From: Gemmatimonadota bacterium
GTDB taxonomy: Bacteria > Gemmatimonadota > Gemmatimonadetes > Palauibacterales > Palauibacteraceae
Direction of reading: 5' to 3'
Assembly (NCBI GenBank): GCA_039588275.1
Contig: JBDHAC010000005.1
Location: 1-64,000 of the forward strand
DNA: 64,000 nt
Shown: positions 36,890-47,031 of the stretch, piece by piece
Numbering within the stretch: the first letter of the stretch is position 1
How the letters are laid out: every line of letters starts with the position of its first letter
The notes under the pieces: model-generated
The model's database searches: none
The model's input: the letters and a program-made list of their open reading frames with translations, nothing else
What the model was told of the DNA's origin: nothing
Translations under genes and position numbers: made by a program

Positions 36890-39800
36890 TCAGTCGCGCC
36901 ACAGCCAATCGTCCCTCAGCTCCTCGCGCTCCCACCAGAAGGGTTCCCGCGCCTGCGGGTGGTTTCCGATCTGGTCCATGGTCTCCGCATCGTAGATGCG
37001 CCCGTTCACCATCACGTAACCGACATTCTCGGTCTCGTAGATGTCTTCCAGCGGGTTGCCGTCGAGCACCACGAGATCGGCCAGCTTGCCCACTTCGAGC
37101 GAACCGATGTCGCCGTCCAGACCCAGGTACTGCGCGCCGTGAAGCGTCGCGGATCGGAGCGCCTCGTGCGGCGTCATCCCACCCTGTACGAAAGACCACA
37201 GCTCCCAGTGGGCCCCGAGGCCCTGGAGCTGCCCGTGCGCACCCAGCTGCACGATGTTCCCCTGGTCGACGAGCTTCTTGGCCTGCGCCGCCACCGTGAT
37301 GTAATGATAGTCATCGTCCGGCGTCATCTGCCGGCGACGCGATCTGGGGTCGATGACCCTGCGCGGGACGAAGTTGAGCAGTCTGTTCTTCGTCCAAACG
37401 TCGCTGTGCTCGTACCACCAGTACTCGCCCGACAGTCCGCCGTAGCTTACGACCAGCGTCGGCGTGTATCCCACATCCGTCTCGGCCCACAGCCGCGTCA
37501 CGTCCTCGTACAGCGGTGCGATCGGGATGTTGTGCTCGATCCCGGTGTGACCGTCCAGGATCATGGTGAGATTGTGGAAGAAGGTAGAACCTCCCTCGGG
37601 AACCACCAACATCTCGAGCTCTCGGGCGGCCGTCAGGACCTGCTGCCGCTGCTCGCGGCGTGGCTGATTGTAGCTCTTCACCGAGAGAGCGCCGACCGCC
37701 TTCATGCGCCGCAGGTGTGAACGGGCGTCGTCCAGGCTGTTGATGACGGCCTTGAAGTCACCGTCGGCTCCGTACAGGATCGTCCCCGTCGAGTAGATCC
37801 TCGGTCCCGCGATTAACCCGGCCTTCACCATCTCGGACAGAGTGAATACGGTCCCGGTCGTTGCTGAAGGGTCGTGTGCCGTGGTGACGCCGTACGCCAG
37901 GTTGGCGTAGTACGGCCAGAACTGCTGAGGGATCGGCCCGGTGAAGAAGTGACTCGCATGCGCGTGCGCATCGATGATGCCGGGGATGATCGTCTTGCCC
38001 GCGACGTCGATCACCGCGGCGTCCGAAGGCACGGAGACGGCGTCGGCCGGCCCCAGATCGACGATGCGATTCTCATCCACCACGATCGTCCCGTCCTCCA
38101 CCACCTCGTCCCCGTTCATCGTGATGAGGCGCGCGCCCACGAGCGCCACCGTCCCGGCGGGCACATCGGTCTGGACGGTGAGGCCGATCGCGAGCCCGGC
38201 GGTGTCGGGCTCGGGGAGCTCGTCCGGGGCGCCCGCCATGAACGAGAAGGCGTCCTGCAGGTCACGCGTGTAGTACTCGGGGCCGATCACCCAGTGCAGG
38301 CTCTGGCTATCCCCCGACCAGTGCAGGGACGTTCCCGCGTCGCGTGTCACCTGTCGGACGGGGATGGCCTTGGTGTCCTTGTTGAGGTCCACGGCGCCGC
38401 CCGTCCGAGGGAAGGGCGCCACGTACGCGTTGAACAGCTCGTTGAACGCCACCCACCTGCCATCGGGGCTCGGCACGACCGTGTTCGCGTACTTGAGCGT
38501 GAAATGAGTGCGCTCGTCACCCCCGTCGAGTCGGACGCTCCGGTACTGCTTCTCGAGCCCTCCCCCGGTCAGGAACTCGATGCGCTCGCCGTCCGGGCTG
38601 AAGCGCGGCTCACGGCCGCTCTCGCGAATCAGGTGCGCTTCGCCGCCGTCGGTCCCCATCCAGTACAACCCGGTGTCGACGCCGTGGAGTGTGCCGAGAG
38701 TCCCGTTCCCCGTCCCGCGGCGATACACGATGCTGCTACCATCGGGCGAGAAGCGGGGCGTGAAGTAGTACCCGGGTCGCGTCGTGAGCCTGACGGGGGT
38801 GCCCCCGGAGAGCGGGACCTTGTAGATGGCGCCGAAATCGGCATCACTCCACGTGGTATACACGACCCAACTGCCATCGGGGCTGAGCGCGGGCTCGTGC
38901 TCCCAGTGCGCGTCCCCGGTCAGCCGCACCGGCGTGCCGTCCGGGAGCCGCTTCTTCCACAGGTGACCCAGCGCCCCGAACAACAACCACTCGCCGTCCG
39001 GCGAGGTGAGAACCTGCCGGATCATCTTCGCCTCGAAGCGCTCGGGGCTGACCTCGGTGGCATACCGGACGGCCTCGGTGACGGTCTGCTCGACCTCGGC
39101 TTCGAACGGGATGCGGGTCGCGGCGCGTGCCCCGACGTCCAGCCGCCACAGCCCACCCTGCGCCCAAAGCACGAGGCTCTCCCCGTCGGGTGTCCAGGCG
39201 TAGTTGGGATACACGCCGAAGATCGCCCACGCCTCCTGTTGGTCGTGATCGAGGCCGTCCCACAGGGGCGTTTGGGCTCCGGTCTCGCGATCGTACACGT
39301 AGAGCACGCTCTTCGTCCGCACCCGCCGGACGAAGGCGATATGACGGCCGTCAGGCGATACTTCGGGACGCGCGGACCCGCCGGGCCCGGTGATCAGGTT
39401 CCGCAGGTCACCGGTCTCCCTGTCCAACCGGCGGATCACGTAGATCTGCCGGTTCGGGTCCTTGTTGTACTGGAAGGTCGAGCCACCGCTCATGTCCTCG
39501 CTGAAGTACACGTAGCGGCCGTCAGGGGAGACCTCGGGCTCACCGGCATCCTGCTGGTCGTTCTTTCGTTTCGTGAGCTGCAGTCCGCTCCCGCCGCTGA
39601 GGTGGTACATCCACATTTCGCCGGCGCCCAGCGACCGCGTGCTGGTGAAGTGCTTGCGGGCTACGAGGAACTGCCCGTCGGGCGTCCATGCGGCGTTGTT
39701 CAGGAGGCGGAAGCTCTCCTCCGTCACCTGGCTGGGTTCCGAGCCGTCGAGGTTCATGACCCAGATGTTGTCGCCCCCCGCTCGGTCGCTGGTGAAGCTG

Positions 39801-40189
39801 ATCTTCGTGCCGTCGGGGCTGAACCGCGGCTGAACGTCGAACGCCGGACCGCTCGTGAGTCGCGTCGCGGTGCCGCCCTCGATGGGCAGCGCGTAGATGT
39901 CACCGAGCAGGTCGAAGGCGATCGTGTTTCCGTCGGGGCTCACATCCAGGTTCATCCACGTCCCCTCCGACGTCGTGAAGCGCACGCTCTTCGTGGGTCC
40001 GCGCGCGGCCGTCACATCCCAATCCTTCGGCCCCTCCTGCGGGGATTCCTGCGCGGAGTCCGCGGCGGCCGGTTCCTGCGCGCTCAACGCGAACGCGCCG
40101 GGTTCGACGAGCGCGAGCGCGATGACCGCGGCGAGCGCCGGTAGAATGGATCTCGGACCGTATGTTCGGGCGTGCGGCCGTACTGACAT
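36890..40189 (-). CDS. Secreted PD40/TolB-like beta-propeller - amidohydrolase fusion
   Basis: ATG 40189 with signal peptide; EGTWMNLDVSPDG and many SPDG repeats; C-terminal PGIIDAHAH, GAHGQLQGLGAHWE, GKLADLVVL. Confidence 0.93.
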   Translation of the reverse strand: MSVRPHARTYGPRSILPALAAVIALALVEPGAFALSAQEPAAADSAQESPQEGPKDWDVTAARGPTKSVRFTTSEGTWMNLDVSPDGNTIAFDLLGDIYALPIEGGTATRLTSGPAFDVQPRFSPDGTKISFTSDRAGGDNIWVMNLDGSEPSQVTEESFRLLNNAAWTPDGQFLVARKHFTSTRSLGAGEMWMYHLSGGSGLQLTKRKNDQQDAGEPEVSPDGRYVYFSEDMSGGSTFQYNKDPNRQIYVIRRLDRETGDLRNLITGPGGSARPEVSPDGRHIAFVRRVRTKSVLYVYDRETGAQTPLWDGLDHDQQEAWAIFGVYPNYAWTPDGESLVLWAQGGLWRLDVGARAATRIPFEAEVEQTVTEAVRYATEVSPERFEAKMIRQVLTSPDGEWLLFGALGHLWKKRLPDGTPVRLTGDAHWEHEPALSPDGSWVVYTTWSDADFGAIYKVPLSGGTPVRLTTRPGYYFTPRFSPDGSSIVYRRGTGNGTLGTLHGVDTGLYWMGTDGGEAHLIRESGREPRFSPDGERIEFLTGGGLEKQYRSVRLDGGDERTHFTLKYANTVVPSPDGRWVAFNELFNAYVAPFPRTGGAVDLNKDTKAIPVRQVTRDAGTSLHWSGDSQSLHWVIGPEYYTRDLQDAFSFMAGAPDELPEPDTAGLAIGLTVQTDVPAGTVALVGARLITMNGDEVVEDGTIVVDENRIVDLGPADAVSVPSDAAVIDVAGKTIIPGIIDAHAHASHFFTGPIPQQFWPYYANLAYGVTTAHDPSATTGTVFTLSEMVKAGLIAGPRIYSTGTILYGADGDFKAVINSLDDARSHLRRMKAVGALSVKSYNQPRREQRQQVLTAARELEMLVVPEGGSTFFHNLTMILDGHTGIEHNIPIAPLYEDVTRLWAETDVGYTPTLVVSYGGLSGEYWWYEHSDVWTKNRLLNFVPRRVIDPRSRRRQMTPDDDYHYITVAAQAKKLVDQGNIVQLGAHGQLQGLGAHWELWSFVQGGMTPHEALRSATLHGAQYLGLDGDIGSLEVGKLADLVVLDGNPLEDIYETENVGYVMVNGRIYDAETMDQIGNHPQAREPFWWEREELRDDWLWRD

Positions 40190-40396
40190 CGAAAACTCCC
40201 GCGTTGACGCATGACAGCTATCTGGCCGGTCGCTCTCCGGAGTGCACGAGCGACCCGCTCCGGCACCGTAAGTTTCAACCCGTCGCTTCGCTGGGCGAGG
40301 GGTGACCCCGAGCGGTGGCGGAGACAACGGCTCGGGCCGAAGTTGCTCGCGTTCCGACCAAGAATTGAACCCACATCCTGTTCCCGGAGGGCCGAG

Positions 40397-40996
40397 ATGA
40401 GTGACACGGGGCGCCGCGCGTTCCTCAAGCAGTCCACGATCGCGCTTTCCGGCCTGGCGGTGAGCGGGTGCTCGCCGCGAGAGAGCGAGCACGAGGGCTC
40501 CGGACTGGACCCGCGGCTCCTGCGGGCAATTGGCCGTCTCGCCCTCCCGGGGGAGCTGAAGGAGGACGGCGTAGAGCGGGCCGTAGCGGGCTTCGAGTCG
40601 TGGCTCCTCGAGTTCGAGCCGGTGGCCGAGCTTCCGCACGGGTATGGGTCGCAAGAGATCCGCTATGGACCTCCGAACCCCGTACCCCGCTGGGGTGCGC
40701 AGCTCGAGGCCCTCGAGATCGAGGCGGGGAAGCGCTTCGGGGCCGGGTACGCCGAACTCGACCAGCCCAGGCAAGAGCGCTTGCTCGAGCGCCAGTTGGT
40801 GGCGGTCACCGAGGAAACCGAGGGGCTCCCTGGCCAACCGGCCCGGGCCGACCATGTCGCGGTGGGTCTACTGGCGTGGTTCTACGGCACATCCGAGGCC
40901 ACGGATCTGTGCTACGGGCGTCAAATCGGCGCTTTCACTTGTAGACCCCTGGCTGCGGCACCCGATGAGCCCGCCGCCCTCGGGGACGGGACGTAG
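40397..40996 (+). CDS. Tat-exported accessory subunit of GMC oxidoreductase (gluconate 2-dehydrogenase subunit 3-like)
   Basis: GGAGG SD; Tat motif TGRRAFLK followed by GC; upstream of the GMC flavoprotein; YAELDQPRQERLL. Confidence 0.75.
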   Translation: MSDTGRRAFLKQSTIALSGLAVSGCSPRESEHEGSGLDPRLLRAIGRLALPGELKEDGVERAVAGFESWLLEFEPVAELPHGYGSQEIRYGPPNPVPRWGAQLEALEIEAGKRFGAGYAELDQPRQERLLERQLVAVTEETEGLPGQPARADHVAVGLLAWFYGTSEATDLCYGRQIGAFTCRPLAAAPDEPAALGDGT

Positions 40997-41032
40997 CAGG
41001 GGAGTGTTTCAGCACCCTGCTGGAGCGATCCA

Positions 41033-42643
41033 ATGACTCGGGTGATCGAGACCGACATCTGCATCATCGGCGCGGGCATCACCGCCGCCATGGTGGCGGA
41101 GAAACTCGGCGACGAGCGCGACGCGACGATCACGGTCCTTGAGGCGGGTGATCGCCCCATCCCTTTGCGGGAGCGCGCGCGCTGGTGGCGGCGCTACGTG
41201 GACTACGGCGACAGCCCCTGGCCGGACGACCACATCGATGGTCAGGACGTGATTGGCCGGCCGCACGGTTACTCGCCGTCTTTCCTGGTAGGGGGACTGG
41301 CCATGCATTGGGGCGCCGTCACGCCGCGCTTCTCCCCCGAAGACTTCCGCGTGCGCTCTCTGTACGGGGTCGGCGACGACTGGCCCCTTACGTACGAGGA
41401 GCTGGACCCCGCGTATCAGGAGGCCGAGGAGCGCATGGGAGTGGCGGGGGAGCCGGGGCCCACCGAGCTGGACCCGCGCGGCGCTCCCTACCCGATGCCT
41501 GCCCTCCCTCTCACGTACAACCTCGCTCGGCTGAAGGAGTGGGGAGAATCCGACGGCATCCCGTTTTGGGCGATGCCCTCGGCAAAGAACTCGATCGCGT
41601 ACCGCGGACGCGCCGCCTGCTGCCGCAACGACACCTGCTGGCCGATCTGTCCGGTGGGTGCGAAGTACTCTCCGGACTTCACGTTCGACGCGCTCGAGGA
41701 AGCGGGCCGGGCCCGGCTCCTCACCCGCACACTCGTCCGGCGTCTGGTTCTCGCGAATGGCTCCGACAGGGTGGAGCGCGCCGAGGCCGTGGATCGCGAC
41801 GATCCCGACCAGCCGCTTCACATCCACGCGCGGGTCTTCGTCGTTGTGGCCGGATTCGTGTGGAGCCCCCACCTGTTGCTGCTTTCGGCCGACTCCCGCC
41901 ATCCCGACGGCTTGGCCAACAGCTCGGGCCTGGTCGGAAGGTACCTGGCGGGCCACCGTGCCGTGCACGGGTTTGCCCGAGTGCCCTTTCAGCTCTACGC
42001 CGGGATGGCCAACCAGCACAGCCTCGTCTCCCAGCACTTCATGCGTCCGCGCGGGATGCGCCGCTATCTGCGGCACGACTTCCGGATCTGGGAGTCGGCC
42101 GTGGGACGGGAGCCGAGGCTCCGGGACGAGGATGGCCGGCTGCTGCTGGGGGATGAGCTGCTCGCGGACTGGCGGGGCCGTGCGCTGGGTGGTGGGACCG
42201 CCAGGCTCCGCGCGTACTACGATGTTCTGCCCGCCCGTGAGAGCGAGCTGACTCTGGATGCGGACGCCCGCAACCCGTGGGGAGATCCACTCCCCCGAGT
42301 GAGCTTTCAAGATGAAGCCGATTCGGTGGCGCTACGCCCGTACAGCGAAGAGACGATCGAAGCGCTGTTCCACTCGGTGGCCCGCGCGGGTGGTGGAGAG
42401 GTGGTGTCAGTCCGGCCGGGCAGTGCTCAGGAGCACCCGGGGGGCGGATGCCGGATGGGCGACGACCCCTCACGCAGCGTCGTGGACGGCTTCGGCCGCA
42501 GCCACGATCACGACAACCTGTTTATCGTCGGGGCTCCGACCTTCGTCACCGCCGGGTGCACGAACGGCACGCTCACGATGGCAGCGCTGGGCATCCGCGC
42601 AGCCGCGGAGATCGGGAACGAGTATCCTGCCCGCTCGCCCTGA
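41033..42643 (+). CDS. GMC family oxidoreductase (flavoprotein)
   Basis: IIGAGITA FAD motif, VGGLAMHWGA, WPLTYEELDP, CCRNDTCWPICPVGAKY (Fe-S-type Cys cluster), HPGGGCRMG, NGTLT. Confidence 0.93.
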   Translation: MTRVIETDICIIGAGITAAMVAEKLGDERDATITVLEAGDRPIPLRERARWWRRYVDYGDSPWPDDHIDGQDVIGRPHGYSPSFLVGGLAMHWGAVTPRFSPEDFRVRSLYGVGDDWPLTYEELDPAYQEAEERMGVAGEPGPTELDPRGAPYPMPALPLTYNLARLKEWGESDGIPFWAMPSAKNSIAYRGRAACCRNDTCWPICPVGAKYSPDFTFDALEEAGRARLLTRTLVRRLVLANGSDRVERAEAVDRDDPDQPLHIHARVFVVVAGFVWSPHLLLLSADSRHPDGLANSSGLVGRYLAGHRAVHGFARVPFQLYAGMANQHSLVSQHFMRPRGMRRYLRHDFRIWESAVGREPRLRDEDGRLLLGDELLADWRGRALGGGTARLRAYYDVLPARESELTLDADARNPWGDPLPRVSFQDEADSVALRPYSEETIEALFHSVARAGGGEVVSVRPGSAQEHPGGGCRMGDDPSRSVVDGFGRSHDHDNLFIVGAPTFVTAGCTNGTLTMAALGIRAAAEIGNEYPARSP

Positions 42644-42714
42644 GCCGCGTGGGGCCCCATCATTGGCGCCGGCCAGGAAGCATTCGCGGTCCGGGCGCCC
42701 CGCTTCGGAAACAA

Positions 42715-42761
42715 TGGCGCCATAACGGAACGGTGGCGCCATAACGGAACGGTGGCGCCAT
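42715..42761. repeat. Perfect 19-bp tandem repeat (2.5 copies) containing palindromic TGGCGCCA
   Basis: TGGCGCCATAACGGAACGG at 42715 and 42734, partial TGGCGCCAT at 42753. Confidence 0.9.
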
Positions 42762-42800
42762 CGCGGCGACGCACGCCGGTTCAAGGAGAGGACAACGAGC

Positions 42801-44141
42801 ATGATCGAGCCACGTTCATCAATGCTTTTCCCAATGCGTTCGCCTAGAACCGGGGCCCTCCTCGCGGGAGCGTGTCTCGCTCTCGGGACCATGGTCGCGT
42901 GCGCCCCTTCCGCCGATCAGGGCGAACAGGGCGAGGGTCCGCGGACGGCGCTCACCGAGGAGACCGTCCTCCGCCCCCGCACCATCATCCTGCGTCCCGA
43001 CCGGATCCTGGACGGGCTGGGCAACATGGTGACTGACCAGGAGGTCATCGTTCAGGACGGCTTGATTCTGGGGCTCGCGGAGACAGGTGAAGGCGGACGT
43101 GGGGCGGTGTACAATCTCTCCGGCACCACGCTCATGCCGGGACTGGTCGACACGCACGTGCATCTCGGGTGGCACTTCGACCGGGAAACGGGCCGCATTC
43201 ACGGGGAGGACCCGGACGAGACCCCACAGGAGGAGGTCCTGTACGGGGTCGAGAACGCGTACGCGACGCTCATGAGCGGGGTGACGACGGCGCAGAGCGT
43301 CGGGGCGCCCGGGGATGCCTTCCTGCGTGATTTTCTCGCCGCGGGCGGTGTCCCCGGTCCTCGCGTGCTCACCTCGTTGCGAGCCGTGACGGCGCGCGCC
43401 GGCGAGCCCGAGGCGATTCGCGCCTTCGTGGACAGTCTCGCCGAGGCGGATGCCGATGTCGTGAAGATCTTCGCGTCCGAAAGCATCCGGGACGGAGGCG
43501 GCCCCACGCTCTCCGAGGAGCAGCTGGTGGCGGCGTGCGGCCAGGCGAGCTCGCACGGCCTCCGCAGCCTGGTGCACGCGCATGGACCGGAGAGCGCCCG
43601 CCGGGCCGTCATGGCCGGGTGCACGCAGATCGAGCACGGCGCCCTCCTCGACCGGCCGACGCTCGAGCTGATGGCCGAGCACGGCGTGTACTTCGACCCG
43701 CACATTCACCTCGTCTTTCAGAACTACTTCGACAACGAGGATCGCTTCCTCGGTGTGGGCAACTACACCGCTGAAGGGTTCCAACAAATGCGCGACGCCG
43801 TCCCCACGGCGCTGGCCGCGTTCCGGGAGGCGCTCACCGTGCCGGACCTGAACGTGGTGTTCGGTACCGACGCGGTGGCGGGCGCGCACGGGCGCAACTG
43901 GGAGGAGCTGGCGTATCGGGTGCGGGAAGGCGGTCAGGATCCGATGGAGGCCATCGTGTCAGCTACAAGTCTCGCGGCCCGCTCCATGGGCCTCGAGGAC
44001 CAGGTGGGCACCGTGTCGCACGGCATGCGGGCGGATCTGATCGCCGTGGAGGGAGATCCGCTGGGGGATATCGACATGCTGGGCCGGGTGGTGTTCGTGA
44101 TGCAGGGCGGGAAGATCATCCGCTACTTCTCGAGCCCCTGA
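42801..44141 (+). CDS. Amidohydrolase (Xaa-Pro dipeptidase/prolidase-like), probable lipoprotein
   Basis: AAGGAG SD; lipobox-like VAC; PGLVDTHVH, DVVKIFA, VHAHG, IEHG, FGTDA, ADLIAVEGDPL. Confidence 0.9.
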   Translation: MIEPRSSMLFPMRSPRTGALLAGACLALGTMVACAPSADQGEQGEGPRTALTEETVLRPRTIILRPDRILDGLGNMVTDQEVIVQDGLILGLAETGEGGRGAVYNLSGTTLMPGLVDTHVHLGWHFDRETGRIHGEDPDETPQEEVLYGVENAYATLMSGVTTAQSVGAPGDAFLRDFLAAGGVPGPRVLTSLRAVTARAGEPEAIRAFVDSLAEADADVVKIFASESIRDGGGPTLSEEQLVAACGQASSHGLRSLVHAHGPESARRAVMAGCTQIEHGALLDRPTLELMAEHGVYFDPHIHLVFQNYFDNEDRFLGVGNYTAEGFQQMRDAVPTALAAFREALTVPDLNVVFGTDAVAGAHGRNWEELAYRVREGGQDPMEAIVSATSLAARSMGLEDQVGTVSHGMRADLIAVEGDPLGDIDMLGRVVFVMQGGKIIRYFSSP

Positions 44142-44260
44142 GTCGCCTTTCGGAGAACGGGCCTGTAGGGTTCAGAGCCTGTTGATATCGGCCCGTATCT
44201 TGGTTCCATGTCGAATGGAAGCGCTGGCAAGGGAAGAGTGACCGGGGCCGTTTCGGAGGT

Positions 44261-44307
44261 CGAAAGCTCGCACGCGCGTTTCAGCTGAAACGTCTCGCAG
44301 GCTTTCG
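44261..44307. repeat. Palindromic intergenic element between convergent genes
   Basis: Perfect 16-bp palindrome CGTTTCAGCTGAAACG (44277-44292) flanked by CGAAAGC / GCTTTCG arms. Confidence 0.75.
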
Positions 44308-44364
44308 TTGGCCTGGCCGCGCCTGCGCGGCACGACCGCCTCCGCGCGCGCGGGGACGTTGGAG

Positions 44365-45027
44365 TCAGAGCTTCTCGAGGTAGAGGTTCCGCCAGCGGAT
44401 CTTGATCCCGCCCCCGTCGTGGATCTGGAGCGCGATGGAGCCCTCCGCCTCGCCGATGCGCTCGTCGCTCAGGTCGACCATCTGGACCCCGTTCAGCCAG
44501 GTGGTGACGCGATCCCCGACGGCGCGGATCCGCATCGTGTTCCACTCACCCATGTTCAGGACCGAATCCAGCGCGGGGTCGGGCTGAATTAGCCAGCCGC
44601 GTCCGTACGATTCGTAGATGCCCCCGGTGTGCCGACCCGGTGGCGCGACCTCCGCCTGCCACCCGCTGATCCGGGTCCCTTCGAGGTGCGACCGGATGAA
44701 GACGCCGCTGTTGCCGTCCGCCTCCTGCTTGAACTCGAGTGTGAGCTCGAAGTCGCGGTACTTGGCCTCGGTCGCCAGGTAGCCGTACGCTTCGTCCGGG
44801 CCGCTCTCACACACCAGCTCGCCATCCTCCACGTACCACCGTTCGGTACCATGGATCGTCCACCCCGAGAGATCCTGCCCGTTGAACAGGGAGACCCCCT
44901 CGGCCTGCGCCCCGAGCGCAGCCGGCTGGGTGGCGGCAAGCAGGCACCAGAGCAGGCCCCTGAACGCGAGACGAACGGCGCGAAGCTCACATCGAGAGTC
45001 GGGGAAGCGCTGGGTTTGATCGGTCAT
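44365..45027 (-). CDS. DUF1080 (3-keto-disaccharide hydrolase-like) secreted protein
   Basis: ATG 45027; SLFNGQDLSGW, GNSGVFIR, GEWNTMRI, GSIALQIH, WRNL. Confidence 0.9.
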   Translation of the reverse strand: MTDQTQRFPDSRCELRAVRLAFRGLLWCLLAATQPAALGAQAEGVSLFNGQDLSGWTIHGTERWYVEDGELVCESGPDEAYGYLATEAKYRDFELTLEFKQEADGNSGVFIRSHLEGTRISGWQAEVAPPGRHTGGIYESYGRGWLIQPDPALDSVLNMGEWNTMRIRAVGDRVTTWLNGVQMVDLSDERIGEAEGSIALQIHDGGGIKIRWRNLYLEKL

Positions 45028-45250
45028 GGCACGAAGACTCCGGTTTTCCGGCCTCGAGGCACCTCTCCCCAAAACTTGGCCGGACCGTTCCGCGTCAGCA
45101 ATTCGCCGCTCTCGCCGAACGGTTACACTTTCTCTCGCCCGAACGACCTGTCGCGCCCCAGGCCGACTGCGGGTCGCCGCCCTCGCTTGCCCTCTCCTCA
45201 TGTGTCCGGCGACCTTGTTACGTGGAGGGTGAACAACCTGAAGGAGGCGT

Positions 45251-45787
45251 ATGGAGCTCAGCACGCTAGCTAACCTGGCCGAGATCATCGGTGCCGCCAT
45301 CGTGGTCGGCGGCGTGGCGTTCGCCTTCGTTCAGCTCGCCCATTTCCGCCGCCAGCGGCACGATCTGGCCGCGCTCGAGCTGGCGCGCTCGTTCGAAACT
45401 CCCGAATTCGCACACGCCCTCCGCCTCGTCCTCTCGCTACCTGATGGGATCACCGCAGAACAGCTCAGGAAGATGGACTCACAGTACGAAGACGCGGCGA
45501 TGCTCGTGAGCCTCACGTTCGAGTCGGTGGGGATCATGGTCCACCGCCGTATCACCAGCCTGGACATGGTTTGGGAGTTGATGGGTGGCGTCGTGTTAGC
45601 GGCATGGGAGAAGCTGAGCGTGTGGGCGGGTACCATCCGCCAGGAGCAAGGGCGCGAGAAGTTCGATGAGTGGATCCAGTGGCTGTGCGATCAGATGAGG
45701 CGCTACCCGGAAGTCGGGCTGGAGCCCGCCTACGTTGAGCACCGGGACTGGAAGCCTCGACGCGTCTCGATGTGGTCGCCCGGGTGA
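45251..45787 (+). CDS. DUF4760-like membrane-anchored hypothetical protein
   Basis: AAGGAGG SD; N-terminal TM (LANLAEIIGAAIVVGGVAFAFVQL); FESVGIMVHR, WIQWL. Confidence 0.7.
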   Translation: MELSTLANLAEIIGAAIVVGGVAFAFVQLAHFRRQRHDLAALELARSFETPEFAHALRLVLSLPDGITAEQLRKMDSQYEDAAMLVSLTFESVGIMVHRRITSLDMVWELMGGVVLAAWEKLSVWAGTIRQEQGREKFDEWIQWLCDQMRRYPEVGLEPAYVEHRDWKPRRVSMWSPG

Positions 45788-46974
45788 TGAGTCCCCTGGT
45801 GGGTCCTCCGGAGACCGCAGCGCTCACCTGCCAGAAGGAGCTGTTCTCGCTTCCCGACGGGTGTCACTACCTGAACTGCGCGTACATGTCCCCTCTATCC
45901 AGGCGGGTTCAGGAAGCCGGCGTCGCGGGCGTCCGGAGGAAGGCGGTCCCGGCCGAGATCCGGTCGGAGGACTTCTTCACCGGCTGTGACGAGGTGAGAC
46001 GGCTGTTCGCCGGTCTCGTCAACGTATCCGATCCGACCCGGGTCGCGATCATTCCCGCCGTTTCGTACGGGCTGGCTGCCGTGGCCAGGAACACCCCCGT
46101 CGGACGTGGCCAGAACATCGTGACCGTGCACCACCAGTTCCCCTCGAACGTCCATGTCTGGCGGCGCGTGTGCGCCGCGGAGGGCTCGAGCCTTCGTGTG
46201 ATCGCTCCGCCGGTTGCCGGCCCCGACCGCGTGCGACTGTGGAACGAGGCGATCCTGGACGCGATCGATCGTGACACGGCGATCGTCGCGGTCGGGCCCC
46301 TGCATTGGACGGACGGCACCCGGATCGACCTGGTCCGAATCGGTGAACGGGCGCGGGAGGTGGGTGCCGCCTTCATCGTGGACGGTACCCAGGCTGTGGG
46401 AGCCGAGCCGTTCGATGTCGAGGAGCTTCGGCCGGACGCCCTCGTTTGTGCCGCGTACAAGTGGCTGACCGGGCCCTACTCGATCGGTGCCGCCTACTTT
46501 GGCCCTCGCTACGACGATGGCGTGCCTCTCGAGGAAACGTGGCAGGGCAGGGTGGGAAGCCACGACTTCGCGGGACTCGTGGAGCAGAGCGACGCATACA
46601 GACCGGGCGCTGCCCGCTACGATGTCGGAGAGACGGCCAACTTCGTTCTCATCCCGATGTTCACTGCGGCCCTGGAACAGCTGCTCGAGTGGGGGGTCGC
46701 GAACCTTCAGGGGTATGTGAAGGGGCTCACCCGCGACCTCTTCGAGGGCGGCCGACTCGAGGCGCTCGGCGTCGACGTGGCGCGGCCGCATGGCGAGCAC
46801 CTGTTCGGCCTGCGGCTCTCCGAGGACAGCGACGTGGCGCGGGTACAGGCCCGCCTCCGCGAGCGAGACGTGTTCGTGTCCGTGCGTGGGACGGTCATCC
46901 GCGTTTCACCACACATCTACAACGACACGGAGGACATCGAAGCGCTGCTGGACGCGTTGGAGGGCGCGCGCTGA
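45787..46974 (+). CDS. PLP-dependent class V aminotransferase (lyase-like; lacks the desulfurase Cys loop)
   Basis: TGATG coupling to the upstream gene; YLNCAYMSP, QFPSN, VDGTQAVG, AAYKWLTGP (PLP Lys), IRVSPHIYN. Confidence 0.9.
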   Translation: MSPLVGPPETAALTCQKELFSLPDGCHYLNCAYMSPLSRRVQEAGVAGVRRKAVPAEIRSEDFFTGCDEVRRLFAGLVNVSDPTRVAIIPAVSYGLAAVARNTPVGRGQNIVTVHHQFPSNVHVWRRVCAAEGSSLRVIAPPVAGPDRVRLWNEAILDAIDRDTAIVAVGPLHWTDGTRIDLVRIGERAREVGAAFIVDGTQAVGAEPFDVEELRPDALVCAAYKWLTGPYSIGAAYFGPRYDDGVPLEETWQGRVGSHDFAGLVEQSDAYRPGAARYDVGETANFVLIPMFTAALEQLLEWGVANLQGYVKGLTRDLFEGGRLEALGVDVARPHGEHLFGLRLSEDSDVARVQARLRERDVFVSVRGTVIRVSPHIYNDTEDIEALLDALEGAR

Positions 46975-47031
46975 GCAACCGAGATCAAGGAGCGGCCGAG
47001 GGAGGATGACCGGCCGCGCATAACGAGAAGC

